64,000 nucleotides of DNA from NCBI GenBank assembly GCA_963767115.1, contig CAVYCR010000005.1:89582-153581 (forward strand), written 5' to 3'. Position 1 is the first letter of the stretch. Each line of letters opens with the position of its first letter. Below the pieces are notes generated by a model. The model worked only from the letters and a program-made list of their open reading frames with translations. It did not search any database and was not told the origin of the DNA. This DNA comes from Candidatus Kaiserbacteria bacterium (GTDB lineage: Bacteria > Patescibacteriota > Minisyncoccia > Phycocordibacterales > UBA2100). Positions 19,418 through 29,799 of the stretch are shown here, in pieces. Both the position numbers and the translations under genes were made by a program.

Positions 19418-20014
19418 GTGTATTATCCTGTCGTGGACACTTCAACGACACAAGTAAGGACAGATGCAACCGATGAAGAGATCGCGACGCGAGTACAAGG
19501 GGGCGAGGCCGAGCTCTTTGGCGTCTTGATGCGCCGCTACGAGGCGAAGCTCTCGCGCTACGGCACGAAGTTCCTCTCAAGCCCCGACAACATCGAGGAC
19601 ATCGTGCAGGACGTCTTCGTGAAGGCGTATCACAACATCCAGAGCTTCGACACAGGCCGCCGCTTCTCGCCGTGGATCTATCGCATCGCGCACAACGCCT
19701 ATGTAAACGCCCTGCGCTCCAAGAGCCGGCTGCCGATCACGCTGCCCGACTTCGACACCTTCGTCTCGCACACCGTCTATGAGGACCCGGCGGAGCTCGA
19801 ACGCGAGCGCGTGGATATCAAGCAGATGATCGACGCGAGCCTTGAAAAGATCCCGGCAAAGTACAAAGAAATTCTTCTCTTGCGATACTATGAAGAAATG
19901 GACTACAAGGAGATCGCCGATGTGCTCGAAGTGCCGATGGGCACCGTGAGCGTACGCATCAAAAGGGCGAAGAATGCCCTGAAGGAGGCCGCCGCACAAT
20001 CCCCTATGCAATAA
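19418..20014 (+). CDS. ECF-type RNA polymerase sigma-70 factor
   Basis: Region 2 (DIVQDVFVKAY..F..WIYRIAHN) and region 4 (LLRYYEEMDYKEIADVLEVPMGTVSVRIKRA). The start codon is uncertain. Confidence 0.85.
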   Translation: MYYPVVDTSTTQVRTDATDEEIATRVQGGEAELFGVLMRRYEAKLSRYGTKFLSSPDNIEDIVQDVFVKAYHNIQSFDTGRRFSPWIYRIAHNAYVNALRSKSRLPITLPDFDTFVSHTVYEDPAELERERVDIKQMIDASLEKIPAKYKEILLLRYYEEMDYKEIADVLEVPMGTVSVRIKRAKNALKEAAAQSPMQ

Positions 20015-20769
20015 TGAATATGGAAAATCAAGACAAACAAACCGACATCAGCGAGCGCGTGCTCGGCAAGATCCGTGAAGGCACGGTCTCGATGCGGCCG
20101 CGCGGCTACTTCGTGCTGCAGAGTGTAGCGCTTGCGCTCGTCGCATTCATCGTACTCGTCGCCTCCGTCTCGATAGGCAGCTTCATTCTCTTTAGCATAC
20201 GCGCCTCAAACACCGCGCCGCTCCTCGACTTCGGGCCGCCGGGCTATATCATATTCCTGCAGCTTTTCCCGTGGCCACTTCTCATACTCGACATCCTTTG
20301 TGTGGCACTTCTCGAATGGATGCTTCGCAAGTTCCGCTTCGGCTACAAGAGTCCGTTCTTGTATCTCCTCTTCTGTATCATTGTTATCTCGCTTGCCTTC
20401 GCGCTCACGGTCGATCAGAGCCGCGCGAGCGATCAATTCCTGCGCGGCGCGCACGACCACGGCGTCCCCGGTATCGGCAATCTCTACCAGGATGGGCGGC
20501 GCCCGCCGCCGCCGGGAAGCGGCGCATGCCCGTGCACGATCATAGCAATCGGCACGAGCAGCGTGAGCGCGGTAGAAAACCAGCCCGACGGCACGCAGCA
20601 AGACGTGATCGTGATGCTGCCGCCCCAGATCGCGACGAGCTCGCTCGTAGTCGGCGGCCACTATTTCATCCTCGGCCATTTCCAAGACAACATTCTCTAC
20701 GCCTCCGACGTGCGCGCTTTTCAGCCCGACAGCGATGACGCTCCGCCTCCCGTAGAGCCGCATCAATAA
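20014..20769 (+). CDS. membrane protein, candidate anti-sigma partner
   Basis: Its start overlaps the sigma-factor stop. Multiple TM helices. The call is positional only. Confidence 0.4.
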   Translation: MNMENQDKQTDISERVLGKIREGTVSMRPRGYFVLQSVALALVAFIVLVASVSIGSFILFSIRASNTAPLLDFGPPGYIIFLQLFPWPLLILDILCVALLEWMLRKFRFGYKSPFLYLLFCIIVISLAFALTVDQSRASDQFLRGAHDHGVPGIGNLYQDGRRPPPPGSGACPCTIIAIGTSSVSAVENQPDGTQQDVIVMLPPQIATSSLVVGGHYFILGHFQDNILYASDVRAFQPDSDDAPPPVEPHQ

Positions 20770-20825
20770 TTGCCTTTCACAGGCAGGTTTTTGTATAGGC
20801 GGCAAAAGCTTGTACACTACGCTCC

Positions 20826-22292
20826 ATGTGGACAGCGCTATCTTCGATCAACTGGGAGCGGTGGCGCGACGGCGCATCGTGCCTCATGCTCTGCGCGATC
20901 ATTGCCTCGACGGGTCAGTATGATTTTGCGCGAGTGTCGAGCTACCTTGTGCCGCAGCCAGCGCCACAGGAGGAACACTTGCAGCAGGTCGTCGCCACTT
21001 CCCTCGTTCCCGTCGTCGAAGCGGCGACACTTTCGACCAGCACTCCGGAGCGCGTGATCGATACGCTCACGCCCGAGGAAGCCGTGCCGAGTACCGGCAA
21101 GTTCATCATTGCCGACCTCGTGCATATGGAGCTCTATCTCTATCAAGACGGCGCGGCGACGGCTACCTATCCAATCCTCACCAAAGGCAGGCCCGGCACG
21201 CCATACGAAACGCCGAGCGGATTCTATACGATACTGACGAAGGAAGTGAATCATTTCAACAAGGCAGAAGGGGTAAACATGCCATATAGTATGGAATTCT
21301 ACGGCAACTACTTCATCCATGGCTGGCCGACGTACGCCGACGGCACGCCGGTTGCCTCTACCTATTCCGGCGGCTGCATCCGGCTCAGCACCGCGGATGC
21401 GCAGCAAGTATATGCGTTTGCGACAGTCGGGACGGGAGTCTATGTGTACGACACCGGCGCGGCCACCTCCGCGCCCGCGCTCATGCTTGCCAACGCTCCC
21501 GTGCCCGCGATCTCCGCCCCCGCGTATCTCGTCGCCGACCTCGACAACGGCGACGTGTATGCGGAAGAAGACGGGCAGACACAGCGACCGATCGCTTCAC
21601 TCACCAAGCTCATGACCGCGCTCGTCGCCAACGAAACCATCATGTTTACCGACGACGTAACCGTACCGCGCGGCGACCTGAGTGATGTCGCCGTCGCGAC
21701 CGATACACAGCCTGAGACATTCGTCGTGGGCGACCTCTTGTACCCTCTCTTGATGGAATCCAACAACAACATCGCGAATATCCTCGCAAGCTACTACAGC
21801 ACCGGCGCCTTCGTGAGCTGGATGAACTCACAGGCGCACGCGCTCGACATGGGCTCGACCACTTTCGCCGACCCGAGCGGCGTCTCGCCGCAAGACACCT
21901 CGACGCCCGAAGACCTCTATCGCCTCGCTGTCTACCTCGCCAACAAAAAGTCCTTCGTATGGAAAATCACCGCGACGCCCGAGAAGTCGATCACGGCGAC
22001 CGACGGCTCCTCCTACACCTTCGAGAATTACAACCTCTTCTCAGGCTTGAGCTCCTTCGTCGGCGGCAAAGTCGGCAAGACCGGGCAAGCAGGCGAGACG
22101 ATGATATCTATCTTCAACGTGCCCGTCGGGAGCGGAGAGCGCCGCGTCGCTATCATCGTGCTTGATTCGCAAGATTACAAGAGCGATACGCAATCACTTC
22201 TAGACTGGTTCACCCAATCGGCCGACGCGTCCGCGAGCACCGCCTGCGCCTCGTGCATGCTGCCGCAAGAGTATCGAACGATTCAGCTGTAA
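20826..22292 (+). CDS. L,D-transpeptidase (YkuD) fused to a D-alanyl-D-alanine carboxypeptidase (S11)
   Basis: YkuD motif FIHGW..SGGCIRL, followed by an S11 SxxK motif (IASLTKLMTA) and a C-terminal PBP5-like region. Confidence 0.8.
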   Translation: MWTALSSINWERWRDGASCLMLCAIIASTGQYDFARVSSYLVPQPAPQEEHLQQVVATSLVPVVEAATLSTSTPERVIDTLTPEEAVPSTGKFIIADLVHMELYLYQDGAATATYPILTKGRPGTPYETPSGFYTILTKEVNHFNKAEGVNMPYSMEFYGNYFIHGWPTYADGTPVASTYSGGCIRLSTADAQQVYAFATVGTGVYVYDTGAATSAPALMLANAPVPAISAPAYLVADLDNGDVYAEEDGQTQRPIASLTKLMTALVANETIMFTDDVTVPRGDLSDVAVATDTQPETFVVGDLLYPLLMESNNNIANILASYYSTGAFVSWMNSQAHALDMGSTTFADPSGVSPQDTSTPEDLYRLAVYLANKKSFVWKITATPEKSITATDGSSYTFENYNLFSGLSSFVGGKVGKTGQAGETMISIFNVPVGSGERRVAIIVLDSQDYKSDTQSLLDWFTQSADASASTACASCMLPQEYRTIQL

Positions 22293-22380
22293 CATTTTGT
22301 TCGATTAAAGACTGATCTGAGACGTCTTTGGAAAAAGAAACGGCCGCCTGAAACGGCGACCGAAATAGGCCTGGAGTTGT

Positions 22381-22800
22381 CTACGGCAAATACGGTGCCT
22401 CGAAAGCGAATGACGCTACTTCAGGCAATACTTTTGCATCCCTTTCAAGTTTTCTTTGAAGTTCGCGGAGAGCGTAGCCGATTTCCCAGCCAACCTTCTT
22501 TGTGATCTCTTCCGCTAAATTACTGGGGCTATTAACTTCAAAGAGTGCGTCTCTTTCGATCTTCCCGCCCACGGTATTGAAGATCACCCTGCACACAACC
22601 TGTAGCGTCGGACTGGCGTCACTATATTTCCGGAAAGCGACAGTGATGACTTCAAAGTAAATCCCCTGACATGCGACCTTTCGGATGACTTCGGCACAAC
22701 CTTTTGCGATTTGGCTAACATACTCCACATCGACCATCGCTCCTATACTGTCCCCCCTATCATCGATAGTCGGATGGAGATTGATGCTTATCTTTGCCAT
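22381..22800 (-). CDS. hypothetical protein
   Basis: ORF with GGAGG 8 nt upstream of the ATG at 22800. Confidence 0.5.
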   Translation of the reverse strand: MAKISINLHPTIDDRGDSIGAMVDVEYVSQIAKGCAEVIRKVACQGIYFEVITVAFRKYSDASPTLQVVCRVIFNTVGGKIERDALFEVNSPSNLAEEITKKVGWEIGYALRELQRKLERDAKVLPEVASFAFEAPYLP

Positions 22801-22913
22801 TTGAACCTCCTGATGATGCACAAGCACCTTTCATGGCTGCACCACACACGGAACAACCGTCCGGATTGTGGCACATTTCGTTTTATTAGAAAAGCGGATC
22901 CGACTATTTGAAA

Positions 22914-23480
22914 TTATAGGATCCAAGGAATCAGCATCTTGGTACGCGCTTTGTATGCAGGATAGGCCGCCGGGAAGGTGGCCGTCATGATCTTTTCTTC
23001 CTGCAACGACGCGTAGAGAAAATACACAAGCGCGCAGGCTGCGACCAGAAACCACCACACGCCGAGCACCCAGCCCGAGCCGAGCATCGCGAGTAAGATC
23101 CCTGTGTAGATAGGGTTGCGTATATATGCGTACGGCCCCGTCGTCACGAGTTCGGGATTTTCTTTATGCGACATCGGCATGCCCCAATTGCGACCGAGAT
23201 AGAAACGTGCCCAGAAAGCGATTGCAATGCCGGCGACAATGAGCAGGAGTCCGACGACATCAAGTGTCATACTGTATGATGGCCCCCAGTACATCTGCGA
23301 GTACGACGTGGGATCGCTCTGTACAAAGAAGAAAACAATGACGACTACGACGATGCGGAAGACCCACGACGAATAATTACGCTGCGTCGTGCGCTTCGCG
23401 CCGAAGGCCGAAACGATCCATACGACGACGGCCAAGAGCCATAAGGCGCCTGCAATCTCGGCTGTGACTTGGGGATTCAT
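22914..23480 (-). CDS. isoprenylcysteine carboxyl / phospholipid methyltransferase family membrane protein
   Basis: ..LVTTGPYAYIRNPIYTGILL.. signature plus TM helices. Confidence 0.75.
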   Translation of the reverse strand: MNPQVTAEIAGALWLLAVVVWIVSAFGAKRTTQRNYSSWVFRIVVVVIVFFFVQSDPTSYSQMYWGPSYSMTLDVVGLLLIVAGIAIAFWARFYLGRNWGMPMSHKENPELVTTGPYAYIRNPIYTGILLAMLGSGWVLGVWWFLVAACALVYFLYASLQEEKIMTATFPAAYPAYKARTKMLIPWIL

Positions 23481-23623
23481 ACAGGTACGATTACGCAAAG
23501 TCTATGATATTTCTATGAATGTTCAGCATATCACAACGAGCTTATCCACGAGATCCCAACCATAAAGATGAAGGACGTGCAATAATACAGGCATTAAAAG
23601 GGTAGGAACTTATTATTGTATTT

Positions 23624-24717
23624 ATGCACACAGCACTTCATACCAACGCACTCGTCGCTGCCGCTGATGCCGCAGGGGTCGGCATCGTCGTTTTTATCAT
23701 ATTCTCGGTGGTCATCATTGTGCTCGCGGTCCTGATGCTCATACTTGCCGGGCAATGGCGGATGTTTGAGAAGGCTGGCATGCCGGGCTGGGCTACGATC
23801 GTGCCTTTTTATGGCGTCACGAAGATGCTCCAGATGGTCAACTACCCACTCTGGTGGATCGTCCTCATGCTCATCCCGGGAGTCAACATGGTGCTCGCGG
23901 TCATGCTCGCCTACCGCTTGGCACGCGTCTTCGGCCACGGAGCGTGGTTTACGGTCGGCATGATTTTCCTTCCCTTTATCTTCTACCCGATCCTCGGCTT
24001 CGGAACGAGCCGTTACGACAACCGCTTCCCGCCGGCACGCGCGCTGACCCCCGTCGTGCAATGGTCGCTTGCGGCGCTTGTCTTGTGGATGGTGATGTTT
24101 TCTTCTGTGGAAATAGCATCTATCATCTCGTCAGCAGGTGCTTCGAGCCCGCAACAGCTCCAGCAAGTCGGCGACGACCTCGGCTATGTCACCGACGGCA
24201 ACTACGTCTATTACAACGACCAGCTCATGCCGAATGCTGACGCGTCATCCTTCACCGCCGACGGAGAATACGGCATTGATGATTATGCCGTTTACTCAGG
24301 CGCCGACGCGCTCCCGGGCGTCGACCCGCAAGACTTCACAGTCTTGCAAGATGGCTTCTATGCGACGACCGGCACGAATGTGTACTATGATGGCAGCTTG
24401 GTAGCCAGTGCTGACTCCACGAGTTTCGATGTCCTCGGCAACGGATACGCCAAAGACGCGCGTGCCGCATATTACGACGGCAGCGCCATCCCAGAGTCAC
24501 AGCCTGATTCGTTCCAAGTATTGGATACTGATTATGCCAAGACGCGGGTGCGGTCTACTACGACGGCCTCGCGGTCACGGGAGCGGATTCAGCGACATTC
24601 ACTGTATTACCGTCGACGACCGCACAAGAGGATGACACAGACGCTACTGCACCCACGTACGATGCCAAAGACAAGAACCACTTCTACTCAGCTGGCCAGA
24701 TTACGACAGGTAGATAA
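23624..24717 (+). pseudogene. membrane protein (DUF5684-like N-terminus) with DKNYY-type C-terminal repeats, one frameshift
   Basis: The N-terminus ..WRMFEKAGMPGWATIVPFY.. The repeats YAKDARAAYYDG.. continue in another frame after 24539-24540 (..YAK(D)AGAVYYDGLAVTGADSATF..DKNHFYSAGQ..), with a stop at 24715-24717. Confidence 0.7.
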
Positions 24718-24718
24718 A

Positions 24719-25162
24719 TTAGGACTCGTTCTTCCAGTTGAATATGCGGTGACCGCCTTTTTTATTGCGCACGATGATACAGCTCGAGACCGGCATCGAG
24801 ATGCCATCGTGTAGAAGAAGTACGTTGTCGCGGACATGATAGGGCTCTGCGCTCGACCGTGAGAGTGCTTCACGCGCTGCACTAGAGTCGCGCAGAAGCG
24901 GATAGAGCTCCGGCAAGCTTTTGCCGAGTACATACTCGCGCACGAAAGGAGCCGGCACTTCATCGCCGAAGAAGATTTCTTCCACACGCCCCTGAGCGTC
25001 ACTGTCGACGATACTAAAACCGTTCATATCAAAGCGCTCGTAGAGAGCGACGACGCCGCAGCAACGGCATTTGATCTCGACCGAGCACAGGGCGAGCGTA
25101 CCTTTGAAGAGGAGTTTGCCACAGGTGCAACGATATTCTTGCAGAGGCAGATGTGAATTCAT
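24719..25162 (-). CDS. hypothetical protein with N-terminal Com-like zinc ribbon
   Basis: CTCG..x..CRCCG motif. Confidence 0.45.
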   Translation of the reverse strand: MNSHLPLQEYRCTCGKLLFKGTLALCSVEIKCRCCGVVALYERFDMNGFSIVDSDAQGRVEEIFFGDEVPAPFVREYVLGKSLPELYPLLRDSSAAREALSRSSAEPYHVRDNVLLLHDGISMPVSSCIIVRNKKGGHRIFNWKNES

Positions 25163-25235
25163 AGTTTTAGGTGTATCAGATACGCCATCTATGTATGTAT
25201 TCTGAGCGTCTTACTCTCTACTATCGATGATGGTT

Positions 25236-25970
25236 TCAATCATGTTCGATCGGGATGCTCGCAAACGAATCCCGCGTAACGATGACGTGGTCGATGAGCT
25301 CGATCCCGAGCAGGCTTCCCGCCTGCGCGATCTGCCGCGTGACGGCGCGGTCGGGAGCGCTCGGCTCGGCGACGCCCGAAGGATGGTTGTGCACCAAGAC
25401 GACGCCTGCGGCGGCGTACGCGAGTGCCGGCCTGAAGACTTCGCGCGGATGCAACATGTTGGAATCGACGGTGCCTATGGAGATCGTCTCGTCGTGGATG
25501 AGCTGGTAGTGCGTGTTGAGATAGAGTCCGCGCAAATGCTCCTTGGAGAGGTTGCGCATGTCGGAGACGTATTCGAAGACGTCGCGTGCGGTGCGGATGA
25601 CCGGCGCGCCGTCGCGACTCCCCTTGAAGAAGCGTCTGCCGAGCTCGCCGCAGGCGACGATCTGCGCAGCTTTGCTAAGTGGGATCTCGAGATCCTCCGC
25701 CATACGCGAAGCGTCGGTCGAAGAGAGCACGTTGCGCTCGCCGTATTCGCGCAGGATACGGTGCGTCATCGCGAGCACGTCCTCGCTTTTGGTGCCGGTC
25801 ATGAGGATCACGGCAAGGAGCTCATGTATCGAGAGCGCGCCGGGTCCGTCCTTGATCAGTTTCTCGCGCGGGCGTTCCTCGTCGGGTAGGTCGCGGACAC
25901 GCAAATAGTAACGCTTACCGCCCCCGTCGAGCATGATGTCGTGATTGGTAAGCGCGTATACCCCTTCCAT
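25236..25970 (-). CDS. radC: RadC-family JAB/MPN domain protein
   Basis: ..RPREKL...G...LS..ELLAV.. and the JAMM motif HNHPSG..PS..D. Confidence 0.85.
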   Translation of the reverse strand: MEGVYALTNHDIMLDGGGKRYYLRVRDLPDEERPREKLIKDGPGALSIHELLAVILMTGTKSEDVLAMTHRILREYGERNVLSSTDASRMAEDLEIPLSKAAQIVACGELGRRFFKGSRDGAPVIRTARDVFEYVSDMRNLSKEHLRGLYLNTHYQLIHDETISIGTVDSNMLHPREVFRPALAYAAAGVVLVHNHPSGVAEPSAPDRAVTRQIAQAGSLLGIELIDHVIVTRDSFASIPIEHD

Positions 25971-26047
25971 CCCACTAGTATACCTGATCCGTGCCGAGGA
26001 GCCACGGGCTTTGCACAACCCCGGAAGCCGGATCTTCTCGCGAGATC

Positions 26048-26470
26048 TTAGCGAGCAGTACGCGCAACTGCCTTCTTTTTGCTGGTTGCGGTTTTCTTGG
26101 TGGCTTTTCCTTTGCTGTTGAGCCCCACCGCCTCCTTGATGATTTGTTTGAATGCCGCTTCGTCGAGTTTGTCGCCTTCTTCGATCGTTATCGCGCGGAA
26201 ATGGTTGAAGAGTTTCTTGGGATCTTTGATCTCATTGCCTTTGGCAAAGGTGAATCGCAAATGACTCTTGTACGTCTCGCCGGTGCAGATCATGCCGTCG
26301 TGCGACCACACTGGTACTCCGGCAGGATTGCTCGGCTTGCGCCATTTGACCTCTTCGACGACTTTCGGGTCGGCGGCTTTGATAAGCGCGCGAATGCGCG
26401 ACATCGTCTTCACTCGCCAATCGGATGCGGATGATGTTGGTGGCTTCTTTGGTGCCGCGGTCTTTTTCAT
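26048..26470 (-). CDS. DUF1801-like protein with Lys-rich tail
   Basis: ..EEVKWRKPSNPAGVPVWSHDGMIC.. pattern. Confidence 0.55.
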   Translation of the reverse strand: MKKTAAPKKPPTSSASDWRVKTMSRIRALIKAADPKVVEEVKWRKPSNPAGVPVWSHDGMICTGETYKSHLRFTFAKGNEIKDPKKLFNHFRAITIEEGDKLDEAAFKQIIKEAVGLNSKGKATKKTATSKKKAVARTAR

Positions 26471-26493
26471 ATATCACTATCTTATTCCTTTAT

Positions 26494-27129
26494 TTAAGCA
26501 CGGAAAAGTGTCAGCATCTCCGGCAACCTTTTCTCTTGGAAAACGAAGATGATCTCGGTATGGGTCGTGATGGTCTCGGCGAGCACAATCCTCTTTTGTG
26601 CGATGCGGCGCAAGAGCGAGAATGTTATATTGGGCATGCTGTAGTATTTCGGATCCAGCGAAAGACCAATAGAGGCGAGACCTTGCTCTATCATGCGTGG
26701 CTCATCCTTGAAATGCTTCAGGACCGCATCTTTGATCCGGTCGGAACAGATTACGGTGATCTCGCTCGTACTCAGGGTCATCGTAAGAAAATCATCATTC
26801 GAGGTTTTAACTTTTTCATAGAGCGAAGAGAGTTTCGCCAGAAGCTGCGGCGTCTTGTCAAAGACGATCTCCGAGAGCGGCGACTTTGTCGTGACGTTGT
26901 TGATTCTGACTTCTTGAATAAGTGGATCAGGCTTCTTGATTTCCCTTTTGGCGCGCGAGAGCGCGACTACGATCGCCGGCGTCCCTACATCTTTCTTCGT
27001 TGCTCTCTCCACTACTTTCTTGATTTGCTTAGCATAGGAAGACAGGTTCATATAGCCGCGAGAGAGCGCAAAGAGTGCTTCCTCGTCGGCATAGAGCGTA
27101 TCGCGCACGGCATCCTGAATCTTTATCAT
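26494..27129 (-). CDS. hypothetical protein
   Basis: ORF track. No motif recognised with confidence. Confidence 0.45.
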   Translation of the reverse strand: MIKIQDAVRDTLYADEEALFALSRGYMNLSSYAKQIKKVVERATKKDVGTPAIVVALSRAKREIKKPDPLIQEVRINNVTTKSPLSEIVFDKTPQLLAKLSSLYEKVKTSNDDFLTMTLSTSEITVICSDRIKDAVLKHFKDEPRMIEQGLASIGLSLDPKYYSMPNITFSLLRRIAQKRIVLAETITTHTEIIFVFQEKRLPEMLTLFRA

Positions 27130-27223
27130 AGAGTAAAAATATCATATATAACAAAAAGATACAAATACGATATATTTGTAATAATACTTGCTTCGATAAG
27201 CCGGTCCTCTCTATACTTACCCC

Positions 27224-27943
27224 ATGCCAACAAAACTCTTATACCTAGAACAGATGTATCAATACACCTGCGATGCTCGAGTCGTAGATAGTATCAACGA
27301 GGAAGGTCGATCGATCCTTATTCTCGATCAAACTATTTTCTATCCGCAAGGTGGTGGCCAACCATACGATACGGGCACCATTTCAAATACAGATAAGAAA
27401 TTCTTCGTCGAAGAAGTGCGGTTCGTCGACGGAATAGTGAAACATATCGGGAGATTCGAGAGCGAGAAAGTCACTGCCGGCGAGACAATAACCTGCGCTC
27501 TCGACATCGAGCGGAGACAATTACATACACGACTTCACTCCGGCGGACATATCGTCGATATGGGTCTGAAGAGACTCGGCGTTACGTGGAAGCCGGGCAA
27601 AGGGTACCACTTCCCCAACGGACCTTATGTCGAATATTCGGGCTCGCTCGAAGGAATCGATGTTGAGAAACTCAAAGCGGATTTGGAAGCTGCGTGCAAT
27701 GCGATCATCCAAGAAAATACGCCCACGCATGTTTTATTTATGCCCAAAGAAGAAATGGCATCAGTCTGCGCATTTGTCCCTGATTATATCCCTGCTAACA
27801 AACCCGCCCGAGTGGTCATGTATGGTGATTTTGGTATACCCTGCGGCGGCACACATGTGAGCAACCTCAAAGAAATTGGTACCATCGTCATTCGCAAGAT
27901 CAAACAGGAAAAAGAAAATATTCGTGTCTCGTATTCCATTTAA
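27224..27943 (+). CDS. alaX: alanyl-tRNA editing protein AlaX (tRNA_SAD domain)
   Basis: Zinc motifs HTRLHSGGH and CGGTHV. Confidence 0.8.
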   Translation: MPTKLLYLEQMYQYTCDARVVDSINEEGRSILILDQTIFYPQGGGQPYDTGTISNTDKKFFVEEVRFVDGIVKHIGRFESEKVTAGETITCALDIERRQLHTRLHSGGHIVDMGLKRLGVTWKPGKGYHFPNGPYVEYSGSLEGIDVEKLKADLEAACNAIIQENTPTHVLFMPKEEMASVCAFVPDYIPANKPARVVMYGDFGIPCGGTHVSNLKEIGTIVIRKIKQEKENIRVSYSI

Positions 27944-27971
27944 TTACAAAAACCTGACACTGCTCTAACTG

Positions 27972-28349
27972 TTACGATATGTAGGCGATGATCGCGACTG
28001 CGATGCCGATGAGTAGCGAGTAGATGATGATGCGCCAGGCCTTTGCCCTGTCTTGCGCGCGATACTGCGCCTGCGCCACCGTGTCGGTCTTCCCCACCTC
28101 GCTCGTCATATTAAAGACTCCGCGCATGCCGAAGTTGACACAGAAATGCAAGAGGCCCTGCAAGAAGCCCATCGCGCCGAATGCCGCTGGCAGGAAGATC
28201 GCAAGCCGCAGCACCGGGGAAGCGCCGGTATATAGGAAGAGTGCTTCGAGCCCGATCACGAGCACCAGGCCGATCCATCCCGCCGCATTGCGCGCACGCG
28301 CCTCGGCGTCGCTTGGGTTGCACACACCGGGAGTGTAGGTGCGTTCCAT
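27972..28349 (-). CDS. small membrane protein
   Basis: 3-4 TM helices. The start (28349, 28415 or 28493) is uncertain. Confidence 0.45.
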   Translation of the reverse strand: MERTYTPGVCNPSDAEARARNAAGWIGLVLVIGLEALFLYTGASPVLRLAIFLPAAFGAMGFLQGLLHFCVNFGMRGVFNMTSEVGKTDTVAQAQYRAQDRAKAWRIIIYSLLIGIAVAIIAYIS

Positions 28350-28457
28350 GCCGGTATTGTAGCATTCACTGTCGTGTACGCCAGATGAAGGTACATCGGA
28401 AAGGCTTTTGATCATACTATAGTCTCCGCGGGACAATCGAGTCCTTTCCGCAAACCA

Positions 28458-29162
28458 ATGGAGACGTCCATGTGCGGCACCGAACTGTGTCAAGCGTGCA
28501 ATAATCCCGCTGTAGCTGCTTGGATGAGCGGCTCACGGCATTCTCAGCCGCCCTTTGGAGACCTAGACCAGCTTCGCGTCGCTCATGCGAAACGGGGGGA
28601 GGCATTTTGGATTCACCTGGAGCATTGCGATCCTGCGGTGGTAGGCTGGCCGGAATTCGCATACTTCTTCGCCGGCGACGAGACGTCTCAGTTTCACGGG
28701 GTTCATTTGATGGAGTGGGAAGCTTTCGGGAAGTTGGCCGCAGATCCAAACCTTCTGCGACTGCCAGCCATTCTTGCGCCGGAGGCGCACGTGCTTGGCG
28801 TCATACGACGCACTCTCAGGCACCTGCGTTCCCGGATGACATCGTACGTCCTTGAGCATTCTAGGGTCCCGAAGCTCTGGTCGCTTCATAGTGCAATCCG
28901 AAGCGTAATGGATCCGACCGCGGCATGCCGATACGCAGAACTCGTCGACGAAGTCGCTCGTGTGGGACGGCTCCCCACACGTACGAAACGGCAGATGAAA
29001 GCGTCTAAGGATCGCAAACGGATCCTACGACGCCGGATCATCGAGTTTGCCCGCGTGACCCTCCAAGGTGAATCACTCCGCGAGATCGCTCAGGCGCTCC
29101 TGTTACAGCTCAGGCAGCAGATGCAGGAGATGCAGGCCGAAGAGCTTCGCAAAGCCGCATGA
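28458..29162 (+). CDS. hypothetical protein
   Basis: The ORF is followed by a terminator at 29188-29216. Confidence 0.4.
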   Translation: METSMCGTELCQACNNPAVAAWMSGSRHSQPPFGDLDQLRVAHAKRGEAFWIHLEHCDPAVVGWPEFAYFFAGDETSQFHGVHLMEWEAFGKLAADPNLLRLPAILAPEAHVLGVIRRTLRHLRSRMTSYVLEHSRVPKLWSLHSAIRSVMDPTAACRYAELVDEVARVGRLPTRTKRQMKASKDRKRILRRRIIEFARVTLQGESLREIAQALLLQLRQQMQEMQAEELRKAA

Positions 29163-29187
29163 TGCCAGCCTGATCATGCACACCACT

Positions 29188-29216
29188 CCCGCGGTCTTCG
29201 CGGGGGTGATTTTTTC
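29188..29216 (+). terminator. rho-independent terminator
   Basis: cccgcg-gtctt-cgcggg stem-loop, then gtgattttttc. Confidence 0.6.
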
Positions 29217-29293
29217 GACAAAATAGAAACTAGTACCTGAACTGAGAGAAACAGTTTCTCTCATAGTAGCTTCTTTGAATGTATACTTCCTCC

Positions 29294-29776
29294 ATGCAAA
29301 GATACGTCGCACTCCTGCGCGGGATAGGACCCGGCAACCCCAGCATGACGAGTACCTCGCTCAAAGGCTTCTTCGAATCGCTCGGCTACCGGAGAGTGAT
29401 GCCGGTGATCTCAAGCGGCAACGTCGTCTTCGACACGAGCGAGAAAGATGCAGCGAAGCTTGAAGCAGTGATCGAGAAGGCGCTTCCTGAGAAGCTCGGC
29501 TTCTCGCGCATCGCGATCGTGCGAAGCAAGGCCGAGCTCGAGAAGCTCGTGAAGAAAAACCCATTCAAGGGTGTCGTCGATGACAAGAAGCATTATCTCG
29601 TCATCACCTTCTTCAAGGAAGGAAAGAAGGGTGTGCGCGAGATCGCAACGGTAATCGATACCGACGATTCGCGGACGCCGGATTTTATGCGCGAAGTCGA
29701 GAAGAAGTACGGCAAAGACATCACGACGCGCACCTGGAAGACCGTGTACCGGATCCTCAAGAAAATGGACTCATAA
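29294..29776 (+). CDS. DUF1697 family protein
   Basis: MQRYVALLRGIGPGN..M..L...FE.LG...V...I.SGNVVF. Confidence 0.75.
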   Translation: MQRYVALLRGIGPGNPSMTSTSLKGFFESLGYRRVMPVISSGNVVFDTSEKDAAKLEAVIEKALPEKLGFSRIAIVRSKAELEKLVKKNPFKGVVDDKKHYLVITFFKEGKKGVREIATVIDTDDSRTPDFMREVEKKYGKDITTRTWKTVYRILKKMDS

Positions 29777-29799
29777 CCAAAAACGTATAGAATATTCGT

